64,000 nucleotides of DNA, from contig OZ316894.1 of the NCBI GenBank assembly GCA_973895155.1, positions 7,898,234 to 7,962,233 of the forward strand, given 5' to 3'. The translations under genes and the position numbers were made by a program. This document shows, in pieces, positions 37,923-49,872 of the stretch. The notes under the pieces were generated by a model, which was given only the letters and a program-made list of their open reading frames with translations, was not told the DNA's origin and searched no databases. Origin of the DNA: Marsupella aquatica (lineage: Eukaryota; Plantae; Marchantiophyta). Positions within the stretch are counted from its first letter, which is position 1. Each line of letters starts with the position of its first letter.

Positions 37923-39399
37923 GAGGACTCGAATCGTGTTTGACCTTGGTGGACTAGTCAACCTTGTTTTAGAGCTTTTGGGAAAGTGTTGGTTGAATGT
38001 GGATACGTGTGTACTATAGAGCAGAGGCACGAGCAGCCAATTTCACCCGCAATTTCCATGTCGCCTACCTCCGACCGGGCGACGGTCATTGATACCGGGA
38101 TCGATGCCAGGAGCTCCCGTGTATCGTATTTCCATTTCAACCTTAAGGCTCAAACAGTCCCCAAGCAGCTAGTCCCTCACGGTGGTTGTACATATTTCCG
38201 GGAGTAAACCTGTTTAGTTGCAGAAATTTGTTTCGAAGCAAAAATTGAATGTCTCGAGAATAGTCAGCTGGTTAATTGCTGGTTTACAAGAATAGTTGGA
38301 GTCCCGTACGTGACGGTACTGGAGCTCGTTAGAGTTAGTAGGAAAACTTTCTTTCTGAGATAGGTGAACTAGATGTTGCAGTTTAAACTGTTACCAACAT
38401 ACAAGTCCAGGTTAAGAGCACAGCAGAACCTCGCCTGTACCTTTGTGCTACAACCATCTCCCTAACCTTTCAGGGTAGGACTTCAAATTAAGGAGCGGTA
38501 TATTAGGGAGCATGCTAGCCAATCTTGAATAATAAACGTGACCAGATTTGAAAAGCGCCATTGTGGCTGCTACCTTGCCTTTGATTTACCAATTTAGAGC
38601 ATCGAAACAAGGATTTGGTTTAAAGTCTCGTCCCGTCCAGCTTTCATGCGTTGTGGGTAACTTTTGACCTCGCTCACAAAATCCAGAACTGGAAGTCTGT
38701 TTTCCAACTGTAAGAACTGTTTGACCCTTTACATGTGTTCAATGCCGATAATTGTATCACATGTGCTGAGCAAGTTCCGAAGACATCGTGATCGACCATT
38801 GCAAGCACTTCATCACTGAGAACGTAATCCACAAACTTCACCAATTATAGGAGGTTGTTCCTCATCAGGCTTAGGAAGACAACTATGCCTTCCGTTTCGA
38901 GTTAGTTGAGCTAGAGACTATTCACCAATTTGAACCGCGAGGCTGGCTGGAGAGAAACACGCTCGGAAGTCCTGAAATCAAACTCAGGGAATGGGAGGTT
39001 TTGTACAGCAAAAAGGGTGTTCTCATTCAATCATTCATTTACTTGCGGCTGCAGCCGAACGAGATGAAAAGACCCAACTGTGTTCTGATTGTTTTCGTGT
39101 GAGACCAATTCAATGAAGGTCCGGACATAATTGTACCAAAAGTGACCAGCTTAGTAACGTGCAGGGACTGGCATCTGTGCCCTATAGCAAGGCAGTCTCC
39201 CGAAAGAAATGAATTGGACCATTGTGAAGTTGTTGTTCTTGAGTAGGAGCGAATATAGTAAACAGCAATTATAGCTTGTAGGCAATGGTACAACGTGAAG
39301 AGTTGGAGGAGCGGAGCGATGTGATGAAAGGCTGAGATTGTGGGTGGGACAGAAGACGAAACTACTGCTTGTGTACTTTTGGCAGGAATGCGATTTCCT

Positions 39400-39790
39400 C
39401 TTGGCCTTCTTTATGGGTTTCCCTGCTTGTATTTGCCTCTTTTTATGTTGGCTGTTTGTCCTCCATGGACCTGTTTTGCTTTTCTTTTCATTGTACTTTG
39501 TTTGTTCCCTTTTCTATAAATTATGGTTGGTTGTTTGTAGAGAATTTCGTCTTCTTTTTAGTTTTCACTGGTTGAATTTGCCTGTTTATTGTTAATGTTT
39601 GGTGTTAGTTCTTTGGACCTACTTTGCTTTCCCTTTCATTATACTTGGACGGTGTATTCCCCTTCTGTTTATAATATAATTTGTGGAGATTTTGCAGGAA
39701 CACTATTTCTTGTTCTGACTTTTTCAGTTTCTCTGGGTGCATTTGCCTTTTTTTTAATGTTTGGTGTATGTCATCTTTGGGCCTCTTTGG
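39400..39790. repeat. Dispersed T-rich repeat with internal subunits; a related copy is at 60990-61270
   Basis: Shared TTGCATTTGCC..., TGTCCTC..TGGACCT and TTCATTGTACTTTGTTTG motifs in both places. Confidence 0.6.
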
Positions 39791-39979
39791 ACTAGTCGGA
39801 CCAAACATAACCACTCAGAGAACAGACATGTTCAGTCATGAGGGAGAAAGGGAACAAAAGTAACAGTGAAATGGAACCAGTCCTACCGTCACTCATAAAA
39901 GTTATGATCCTCAAACGGAGACTGCACATGTGAGGGCTGACTCCATGCAGAGTCCAGGAAGAGATCTTTACGTATAGGA

Positions 39980-40093
39980 TTAAGGGCTCTTCCCGTCCCA
40001 TAATGGGGTATAAGGTTGAGCGTATGTGGAGGCCCTGTGGGCCGACGCATATGCGTAGACCTGTACCCCATTATGGGGAGGGCTGAGCCCCTA
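39980..40093. other. Long imperfect inverted repeat (hairpin) upstream of the tyrosine recombinase gene
   Basis: CCCATAATGGGGTA (39997) pairs perfectly with TACCCCATTATGGG (ends 40077). Outer TTAAGGGCTC/GAGCCCCTAA and inner arms also pair. Confidence 0.75.
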
Positions 40094-40519
40094 ATTGACG
40101 TTAAGGTGTGTATATCCTTTCATCAACGGCTGATCTGTTATCGACGGCCAGTATTGCGACGCTGCAATACCCGGTCGTGAAAATTAGCCAACGACACAGA
40201 TTGGAAGGCGGCAAGGTTGTCAAAATCTGACGGTGTCGGTCGCTGCTGCCCCAATAGCATTCAACGTGGCTTTCTATAAGGCCCAGATGGTGGACCACCT
40301 GAACACACTTTATGGTGTCTCGTCTTCGGTGTCTTGCGGCTACGTTTGTGTGCAGTGCGTTGTGTGCACTCTGTCTGCAGGTCTCAATGGTGTTTTGATA
40401 GTCAACTTGACCAATGACATACGCTTTCGCTGCCCAATGCTTTGGCTCTTTCATCGTCAATTTGTTAGGGGAGATTCTGGTTGCCTTGCCCTTTTGCCTT
40501 TGAATTTCAGTGCTTCATT

Positions 40520-42419
40520 ATGGCCCATCCGTCGTTTAGCATTGGTATGTCCAAGCTCAAGGGCATCGCAGACCTAGAGGAGGACAATAAGTCTAGTAGC
40601 TCATCGATTAGCAATGCAGTCAATGTTGATGATGAATGCAAGGCAGAGCTGCAGAGGCTTAACTCCACTCTCGATTCCCTGCATGTCGACAAGCGTCCAA
40701 CGAAGGTACCTCTCGTTATTACTGTGCCTAGTCAAGGGCCTATTGAGTTTTTGGAGGAGGATCCGAATTTCCAAAAGTCCCTTGCCGAGGGTGGTGCAAA
40801 TCCAAGCGCAGCTGTAGATCGTTGGGCAGTCAATAGAGTGAATCATTTTCAAGAGTTCAAGGGATGGGATCGTAGTGTTTGCTTCGAGGACCTCCCTGCA
40901 CATGAGTGCAGCAGGATGTTGACAAAGTTTTTCGAACAGGTTGTAAGAAAGATGGGTCTCTCTATCCAACTCAAATGCTAATGGGCTTATATCGTGCGTT
41001 CCATCGAGTTCTAAGACGCAGACAGGAACTAAGAGTAAGTCAAACCGGACAAGATGAGCCCGTTTTCCATATGCGTGAGAGTCCTCTGTTCAAACAAGTC
41101 GGAGTAGCCTGTGTTTTAGCCATGGAATGATCAAGGAGGAACGGTGCCAATTTGCCTCGCAAGAAAGCCTCAGTGATTTCGTTAGCTGATGAGGGTACAA
41201 TATATATTGGCTCATTCATGCATTGGCGTTGTTCATTCCCGAGGCCTTCAACGTCGGGCAGTATACTTCATGTTATTTCGGTTTGCAATTTGTGGAGGTG
41301 CTGAGTTGCATACGCTTGCTAAGAGTGACTTTCTTTTGGGCACCGATGACAATGGGCGTTATGTACGATATGATGAGCGACTCTCGAAAAATTGCAAAGT
41401 CGGTCTGGAACGGTATCAAGACGAGCATTTCCGCCCTCCTGTCATGAGCTATGATTCTGACATGGTTGCCACTATGGAGAGTATAATATCTCATTTGCCT
41501 CTTTCTGGTTTGTTTATGTTTTATTAGTGCATCGACAGTCCGCGTACTAATGCCTGTTATTCAACGCAGTGTGTTTCAGTGAAGAAATTAAGTGGCATTG
41601 TGAAAGAGATTCACAAAGAATGTGGTCTGTTGACGGAAGGCATATCTAATAAGTCTGGTAGGACCACTTGTGTTATACGTATGGCTACTGAGGGAGTGCT
41701 CGCACCAATTGGTATGTTGATAACTGGGCATAAAAGCCAGGGTGCTTATGCTCGGTACGATCGAAGCACAGACTCGAAGGTAAGAGCCGACCAGAAGTGT
41801 TCCAGCGGGTCATCAGATTTTGAAGAGAAATGTCAGGAGGAAACCGAACGGTTCAAGAAGAAGGTCATCCAAGGCATTGATGAGGAGGACTTGTCACCCA
41901 ACAAACGACCAAAGGCAGACGATGGTAAGTTCATATTTAGTTCCAATCTGCCATTACTGCTTTACGAATTATGTAATTCATTGAGACAATTGCTGATGTT
42001 GAACTATTATGCTTGCAACAGATGAGTCTACTGTAACCAACACCTACGCTCAACCAGGACATAATGGAGTAGAAGCGGGAGTAGAAGATGTTAGTCCTCC
42101 TGCTGTGGAAGTCATGGGTCCTGCAGCTCATATTCAGGCACAAACAGAAGAGGCGGCTGGTGGATTGATGCCCATGGAGATTGAAGTGGTTGCTGTTGAA
42201 GATGGAAGCGATGGCAGCGGTGCTCTGAATGTAAATACTAATGAGATTGACTGGTTTGATGAGGATTGGGTGGAGAAGTACAATTGGGACGATCACTTCC
42301 AGAACTTGCAACAAGGTGGTGGGTCTATGACTGTAAATCCAGTTCAAGCACTCTTCAACCAAGTGCAGTCCCTGAACAATTGCACGATCTCAATTAAGAT
42401 AGGTAAGTTTAGTGGCTAG
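40520..42419 (+). pseudogene. Crypton-like (DUF3504) tyrosine recombinase, decayed
   Basis: LTKFFEQVVRKDGSLYP, ISLADE, GLQRRAVYFM..FAICGGAEL (RGGxE position, R>C), YVRYDERLSKN, ISNKSGRTTCV, ITGHKSQGAYARY, intron ~41925-42021, C-terminal NNCTISI. Stops at 41128 and 41525; frameshifts near 40950 and 41195. Confidence 0.82.
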
Positions 42420-44584
42420 TGTAGGTACACGATATGGAGCAGCAAAGGCACGATTGATAGAAGCACTATAATGACCTGTAGATTATAGCCTGAGAGGCAC
42501 TTTCATTGCATATTAGTATGACAGTTAGGGATTTGTCCGGTAGATTCAGACATTCACAGTCGTTTTGACAATATATAGGATAAACACATTTATCGCTCAT
42601 GAATACGTTTCATAGCAATATCAGACGGGATTGTCGTAAGGTCAAATTGACCAGACATCCCGGCCTTCTTTCCAGACATTCTTTTCATTACACACACGGG
42701 AATTGTCAATAGATGGCTATATTTCATGCGACATTCCCATTGTAATTTTTTTATCAGATCAATAAAGTTTTCACTCTCCACTGCGGGAGATTCACCGTCA
42801 GAAACCATTGGGATTTGAATGTGGTTCGCGTATGGCGCTGGCGTGGACGCGGACGCAGATCACACCGTAGTTGATTATGAACAGACCGTATATATACGGT
42901 ATAAAATCATGAGATATAATCAACCCAAAAAGTACAAACGTGTCAATCAATGAATGGACTAAAAGAACTTAACACCACCAAATGACCTTAACGTCTACTG
43001 AACTCCAACAAAAGTCCACAAGAGGACAGTCCATCTGCAAAGGCTGCTAACTACCATATTCGGCTCACAGGAAAAAAGAAACACATTCTAGTTCAAGGGG
43101 GATCAAAACTGTCAGATCTTTTGCAATTCACCAACTTGAAGGTCAACCAATTAATCAGTAACCTGGAAAATTGGATTGTATAAATTAATCTAAATAGCGT
43201 GGCAATTCTGAAACTAAGCCAGTTGGACAGGGTGCTCATTTGGACCCTAGTTGGGAGGTCCATGGGAGTTTGGGGCTCATAATTTGATGATTATGAGCCC
43301 TAATATGTTTTATTTTTACACCTAAAAGGCAACTAGAGAAGGAAGAGACTTACAAAAACACAATCCCAAATACTTGTTAGCACAGTGAAAATTAATCTAA
43401 TGAAACCACAAGATGGAACCAGATGCAAAGATTGCTGCAACAGGATACCACATTGACGACACCTCAAGGTTCTCTAAATGAAGCTATGTATTGTTGCTGC
43501 CATTCAGGTGCACAAGAGGAAACTGTTTGTTAGGATTTACTCTTAGGTCTAGAGTTACGACTGTACCATAGTTAAGGCTAACCTTAGTCGCAGACTTGGT
43601 TTGGTTAGTCATGTTGTGCACACTCTATAGTTACCAAGCCATGTTTGCTCGGAGAGTGGGAACTCAGGCTCATTGTTACGGAGCTAGTTGAGAGATAGGG
43701 AGAGCTTGCGCTGTGGATGCTTGGTATGGCCGGTCGGCCTAGAGTGCAGTAAAGCTCTTGTGTGTTCCCGTGGACGTAGCCTCATGTGGAGGTGAACCAC
43801 GTATCTCTCTGTGTCAACTCTTGTGCATTGGATGGTTCATGGACTTGCCATTGCGATTGTCGTCTCTGCTCAACAGAAACCGGGCTCCAATATTTGGAAC
43901 AAGAGAAATGGAGCCATGCATTCTCAATTTCCTAGCCGCCGTTGGGTTGTTTTAGGTCAAAGTGGAACCCATCTCCAAACTATGATTGACATATGTCATT
44001 TTGAGAGGAAAAAGGGAACAACTTCAACATGCTATCACCCAACTCCAGGTTGTTCTTAAGCCTTGGGAGAAATTGATAGCCCTCTATCCTTGAATCTTGC
44101 TGATGTAGATGGCTGACAAACATCCCAACACTATGAGGTGGAATGACCCAAATCAGTACAGAAGTACATACTGCATGCCCCCTGCACTAAGGACTTTATT
44201 CATTACGGACCCCCATAAGAGGTCTCTTGCAAATTCCCTGCCACGAGGTTGTGCCATATCATCACAACCAGCCACAAACAAGAATGATCCTACTTTTAAC
44301 AATAACAAACGTGCACATTCCTGTTTGTGACAAAAGCAACGTAATTTTTGGGGCGCCATGCCGTAAATATTGAACGTAATAAAAACCAAAATACAAAGGG
44401 AGATATGTCATTTAGTAAAATAAAGTTACCATTTTGATGTTTGTCAAAGATATATCAGTGTTTTATATTAAAATGTTTGTATTTTTTAATTGTTTGCAAG
44501 CTTGAAAAAACCAACCAATAGAAATATACATAGTTAAAACCCCTTTGGTTTCACATTGTAAAACTAAATAATCAATCTCTTTAA

Positions 44585-45060
44585 TACTTGATAAAATCTG
44601 TCAATGTTTGATTCATTTAAAAAATAAAGATCAAGATTTAGAAACTCGTGACCTCTGTAGTATTGTCTTGATAAAATCTTTCAATGTCACACTCATTGGA
44701 AAACTAAAGTAAAATTAAAAACTCATCATCTCCTAAGTACTTGACAAAATCTATCAATGTTAGGTTCATTGGAAAGCTAGAGAAATTCAGATACTCATGA
44801 TCTCTCTAATTCTTGACGAATAATCTCAATGTCACACATTAGAAAGCTAAAGAGATTGAAAACCTCATGATCTCTTTAGTATCGTGACAAAATCTGACGT
44901 AAAATTTGTCAATGTCAAACTCAATGTTGGAAAGCTAAAAGAATTCATGGACTCATGATCAAAATTTCTTATACTCACACTCATTGGAAAGGCAAAGAAA
45001 TTCAAAAACTCATTAATTTTGGAACTTGACAAAATTTGTCAATCTGAGGCTCATTGGAAA
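44585..45060. repeat. Degenerate tandem repeat (~7 units of ~60-90 bp) with TTGACAAAATCTGTCAA-type palindromic core
   Basis: Recurring CTTGA(C/T)AAAATCT.TCAATGT...CTCATTGGAAA..TAAA...AAACTCATGATCTC; best palindrome TTGACAAAATTTGTCAA at ~45026. Confidence 0.7.
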
Positions 45061-46835
45061 CCCTTTCTCGATTAAGAAATATCACAATCTCATCACCGTC
45101 ACAAACTTAACCGTTAAAAATTGATTTCTTTGATTACGTCGCCATCCCTTGTCCACAATGCTTGCTTCCCGGGTTGAATTGTTCGCATTCCTCTAGTCTT
45201 CAACTGAAGCTCACTTTGAACACAAGTTGACGCCAAATGCAACCTTTATGTCAAATAAACAATCGTTGGTCTCCCCCTCACACCATAGCTTTCTTAAATA
45301 AAAAAACTACGAATCCTTCATGTGAAGCAATGACTTGTTTGTTTTGTGTGTTCTTTCCACCGAATCGACAAGAGCTCTTTTGCCAATAGCTAAGTGTTGT
45401 CCTCCAGTCTGTCTTGTGGCGGTAATGTTTAATGTAACTCACAAACAATCAATCATGAATGATAGAAACACAATTTTTGCAATGTGTAAGCAAAAATCGT
45501 CAAAAAACTCAATTCCTCCATATTCAACCTTCCATTGATAAATCTCCTCTATCTTTTGAGCTTTTTCTTTTGTACGAGCACACACCAAGACCATCGGGAG
45601 ACTCAAAACCGTCGATTACCGCCTTGTTGAAAATTGATTTCACTTCATCAAACACACATTACTTGGATGAACATGGGGGTCCACGAATTAATTGGAGTAG
45701 CTCTTATGACCTTAAGAGCTAGGAACAACCTAGTTATATCAACAGGAACAAGGTAGATAGTAAGAGCATGATGTTTCTGTCAGATAGTACTAGTCATACT
45801 AATGATCATTTGGATTATATGCCCTTGGGAGAAGTTACTACAGAATAGATAAAGGACTGTCTGGAACGTCAATGGTGGTTTCTTGGGGTTCCATGGCCTA
45901 CTACAGTAGTGGTTTGCTTGTTTCTTGGGGTGGCTCTTGGGAGGGCTCTTGGCCCTCGTGTGTGTGGGTCCCAGTTTGTGTCTTTCGCTTGGGTGGCTTT
46001 TGTCCCCTTAATTGTCTGGTATTGATGGGTTTTGGCACCCCTCCCACCCCCCAAAAAAAAAAAAAACACCAAAAAAGAAAAGAAAAGAGATTGCTTTGGC
46101 ACTAAAGATATTTCAATTTACAATCCTACCTATGTGTTTATTATATTTGTAAATATGCCATGATGTTTTAATATGGTTACCCTTGTTAGGTTGGTGATTT
46201 TGTCAACTGCATATTTATTAATACAAAAAGCAGTAACAATACTGTCAATTTAAACATCTTAAGTTTGAGCTTAGTTAAAAACTGTGTTTCAAAGACTAGC
46301 CTTGTGCTCCATGGGCCTCCAAATTCTGGCATGTATATTTGAAAACATGCAACCCTCAAATAAACACCCACTACATACCGCATACTCAACGGCCAACGGC
46401 CGCCATTACCGTCGCAGTCGATGACACCTGCCCACGCTGGTAGTTTTCCACAACAAGCGAAGCCTCAACGGCCGTCGCCTCAACGGCCGTCGCGCTACTG
46501 TCTCCTCCCTTCGCAATTCCCGACCGCCATTTTCCTTCCCTTCATTTTTCACGCACCGGAATGAAACGAGACTTCTTTACTCTTTCTAAAGGCGTGGCGG
46601 AAAAACAACAGCGAAATCACCGTGTTTGATCGGCCCCTCAATTTCGTGGACTCATTTCGTTTCTGCTGCCAGCAACGTATGAGGTGCTGCTGCATTGGAT
46701 TTCGTTTTGTTACTCAGTCTTTTCCATTGATACCTTCCGATCCATTAGAGGCATGGTTGTTGCATTCAGCGTCGTTTTGTAATGTGCTCTGATTTGTAAT
46801 ATCGACTGTTGTAATGAACAGAGATTCAGTTGTAA

Positions 46836-48071
46836 ATGGAGGAATATCTGCGCAAGTTCCGGCGGCGCCACTGCTGGCGGCCATCCGCAACATTGTCCAC
46901 AATTTCACCTCACGACATGCTGCGAGATAGCGAGAGATGTCTGCCTTTCGAGAGACTTCTTCCACGGATTCCTGATGAGATTACGTTGGACAAGGTTGCT
47001 ACAAAATTGTCCTGGAAAGATATTCGTGTCCTCTCATCAGTTACTCGTGGCTGGTGTCACGCAATTCGAAGTCATCAGGTGTACAATGCGAGAGTCCGCT
47101 TAGGAACAAGAGACAAGTTCGCTCTGATTTCGTATGGCTACTATAGTTATTTCTCTGACATTGTCCTCTATTGCATTAGAGACATGTCTTGTTATCTTCC
47201 TCCTCCAATCCCGTCTGAAGGGAGGGGAGGAATCCCAAAGCACAGTGAATGTGTTGCATTGGACGGGAAAGTCTATGTCCTGGGAGGACTCGAAAGTCGT
47301 GATGCCAATGTCCACAGTCTTAACGTATTCGTGTTGGACCTCGCCGGGCATAGGCAGTGGCAACGGTGTGCGAGTATGAGCGTACGGAGATCTTGCATGA
47401 AATGTGGTGTCATCAATGGCAAGATTTTTGTATTTGGGAATGACGAAGACGGCGACGGTCCTTATCAAGGAGAGGTGTATGATCCCAAGGAAAATACTTG
47501 GTCTACCATGAGGGCGGTGATGTTCAAAGGCTTCCATCATGTTGATGCGATCGAAGCGCTGGGACAGGAGCTTGTTATTTGTGGGTCCACTTTGTCGCAC
47601 GAACATAGCCACACTGAGATGAAGAAGTTCCCAAAATTTCTGGTTTATTATCCAGTTGCGGATTATTGGGGAGAACAGAGCTATATTGGGAGAGAAGATG
47701 AATGCCCATTTGTGGCACAAGGAAGCTTGCATTCGATGAGCTATAACAATGATATTTGTATTTACGATGTTGACAGAACTTCATGGAGGCAGCTGCATAC
47801 ATTTTCGTTTGCTGCGAATTCTCGGCCCAGTTTTGTGACGGAGGATGGTATCGATGACAACTACATGATACCAATTTGTGTTAAAGCTGTGGAAGGCGAG
47901 CTATTCGTTTTATGTCATTGGTATCGCAGTTTTGACGATGTCTTTCTTCTTCATAGCAAGGGCTTCACTGGTGACATAATGGAGATTGAGTTGGAGAAAG
48001 TGCCAGTTGACCTGTTTGCGAGGAACAATGTTAATCCGGATCTTTGTTCAATGTCTCTTCTTCAAATTTGA
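46836..48071 (+). CDS. F-box/kelch-repeat protein, 411 aa, intronless, intact
   Basis: F-box LLPRIPDEITLDKVATKLSWKDIRVLSSVTRGWCHAIRS; kelch blades CVALDGKVYVLGG...WQRCASM and CGVINGKIFVFG...GEVYDPKENTWS. Confidence 0.9.
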   Translation: MEEYLRKFRRRHCWRPSATLSTISPHDMLRDSERCLPFERLLPRIPDEITLDKVATKLSWKDIRVLSSVTRGWCHAIRSHQVYNARVRLGTRDKFALISYGYYSYFSDIVLYCIRDMSCYLPPPIPSEGRGGIPKHSECVALDGKVYVLGGLESRDANVHSLNVFVLDLAGHRQWQRCASMSVRRSCMKCGVINGKIFVFGNDEDGDGPYQGEVYDPKENTWSTMRAVMFKGFHHVDAIEALGQELVICGSTLSHEHSHTEMKKFPKFLVYYPVADYWGEQSYIGREDECPFVAQGSLHSMSYNNDICIYDVDRTSWRQLHTFSFAANSRPSFVTEDGIDDNYMIPICVKAVEGELFVLCHWYRSFDDVFLLHSKGFTGDIMEIELEKVPVDLFARNNVNPDLCSMSLLQI

Positions 48072-49872
48072 GCGGACTCCTGGGGTTTAGTCGTGTTTGA
48101 TCCGCGCATCTTGTTGAATGTCACGACAATAGTCAGGTGGTGAACTGGTGGTTTACAAGAATAGTTGGAGTCCCGTACATGACGGTAGTGGTCAGGAGTT
48201 CTTTAGAGTTAGTAGGAAATTTTCTTTTTGAGATAGGTGACAGAGATAGATGTCTCTGTTCAAACTGTTACCAACATCCACGTCCAGGTTAAGAGCACGG
48301 CAGAAACTCCCCTGGAATTCTGTGCTACGACCATTTCCCTAACCTTTGGGGATAGGACTTGAAAGGAGCGGTATTGGACTATGCTACCAATTGTGAATTT
48401 AATAAACGTGCCCATGTCTGAAAACGTACTTTGGCTGCTACGTTGCCTTTGATTACCAAGTGAACTTAAAGCATCAATACAAGGATTTTGTTCAACCTCT
48501 CGTCCCGTCCAGCTTTCATAATGCGTCATGGGTAACTTTTGACCTCGCTCACAAAATCTAGGACTGGAACTCTTGTCTGATTTCCAACCGTGACAACTGT
48601 TTGACCCTCTAAAGCTTCCAATGCCGATAATTGTATGACATGTGCTGAGCAAGATTCGATAACATCGTGATCGACCATTGCAATCGACTATTGCAAGCTT
48701 TTCAGCACAATGTTATCCAGAGACTTCAGCAATTGGAGGAGATTGTTTTTCACCAGGCTCAGGAAGAAAACTATCTGTCACGTTTCGAGTCAGTTTAGCC
48801 TGAGACTATTATTTTTAACCAATCTGAACCGCGATGCTGGATGGAGAGAAACACTATCGGAAGTGCTGAAATCAAACTGAAATGTTTCGTAGATTCGACG
48901 AATAATACCAACCACGATATATAGAATAGTAACGGTCAGTCTAGGGACAGATCAATCTTACTCCCGTTCATCTGCATCCATTGCAAATGTCGGAAACTAG
49001 CTCGGCGTTCAGGTTGATTTGGAGTGGATTGAGCTTCCATGCCAGTAGCGCGAGAGCTTCTCTAATGGCCAAATCTCTTAGGCAATCGTCAACAAAGGTT
49101 TGTCCAGATGCTTTCTTTCTCAAGTGAGTACCCATGTTGTCGTCGTTCGTGAGGAAAGCACGTCTTTGGTATACATATCTTGCTGAGAATAGGTTTCAGG
49201 CCTCGAGGAAAAATCCCTAATGAGCTCCTGTGGTTGCAAGATCGAGGCCGACTTTTATTTAATGTTATTATAGATTAAGGCCGACTTTGTTTTGTAGACT
49301 ATCAAATAGGCGATCGAGCACTGGCATAGTAGAGTTTTCGCAAGGATGACGATGCATCTGACACTCTCCTCATACTGGAAGCTCTTCAAGTTACCGTACC
49401 GCGAGTTCCCTATAGCTTCATGTCGGTGATCGTCAGCAAAGCCTCAAACGGACAGCTCCTTCACCCCGGGGCCCACGCTGATCATCATGTTGGCAGAGGG
49501 TTTGATGTTGACCGACAGCCTGTTGCAAGTCGATGACTTGCATGAAGTGTAGTTCCGAAGCGGCGTTCTGGTTGCGCTTTTCGGATAATTTTGGAGCCCA
49601 GTAGATCTTGCTCTCAAAATCCGATTTTCATAGTATCATGGTGCTCCAAGGCTGTTCTCACGGCGGCTTATGTCACTTGCAGGAGATTTCCTACGATTCA
49701 ACTGAGCAAGCAAAGCTGAAACTTGATAGTTGATTGAGAGAGTGCTGCAGTCATCAACCTCTGGAGATCACACACTTTATCCACCTTACGAATTTCCAAT
49801 TAGTACTTGCGAAACAAAATGTGGAGTTGGTTCAGAAAGAGGGACTTGTGAATTTTCCTACAGAAGGAAAGT

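Larger units (their letters stand above)
30805..38985 (+). repeat. Copy A of a ~2.5-kb segmental duplication (30805-31104 plus 36549-38985, split by the Copia element); copy B is 46386-48878
   Basis: Shared AACGGCCGTCGCC promoter repeats, GGAATGAAACGAGACTTCT, the F-box CDS and the downstream region to GAAATCAAACT. Confidence 0.85.

Noticed and set aside
43400-44400. Possible LINE 3' remnant (IWNKRN)
   Set aside because: A single short motif with no RT or endonuclease evidence.
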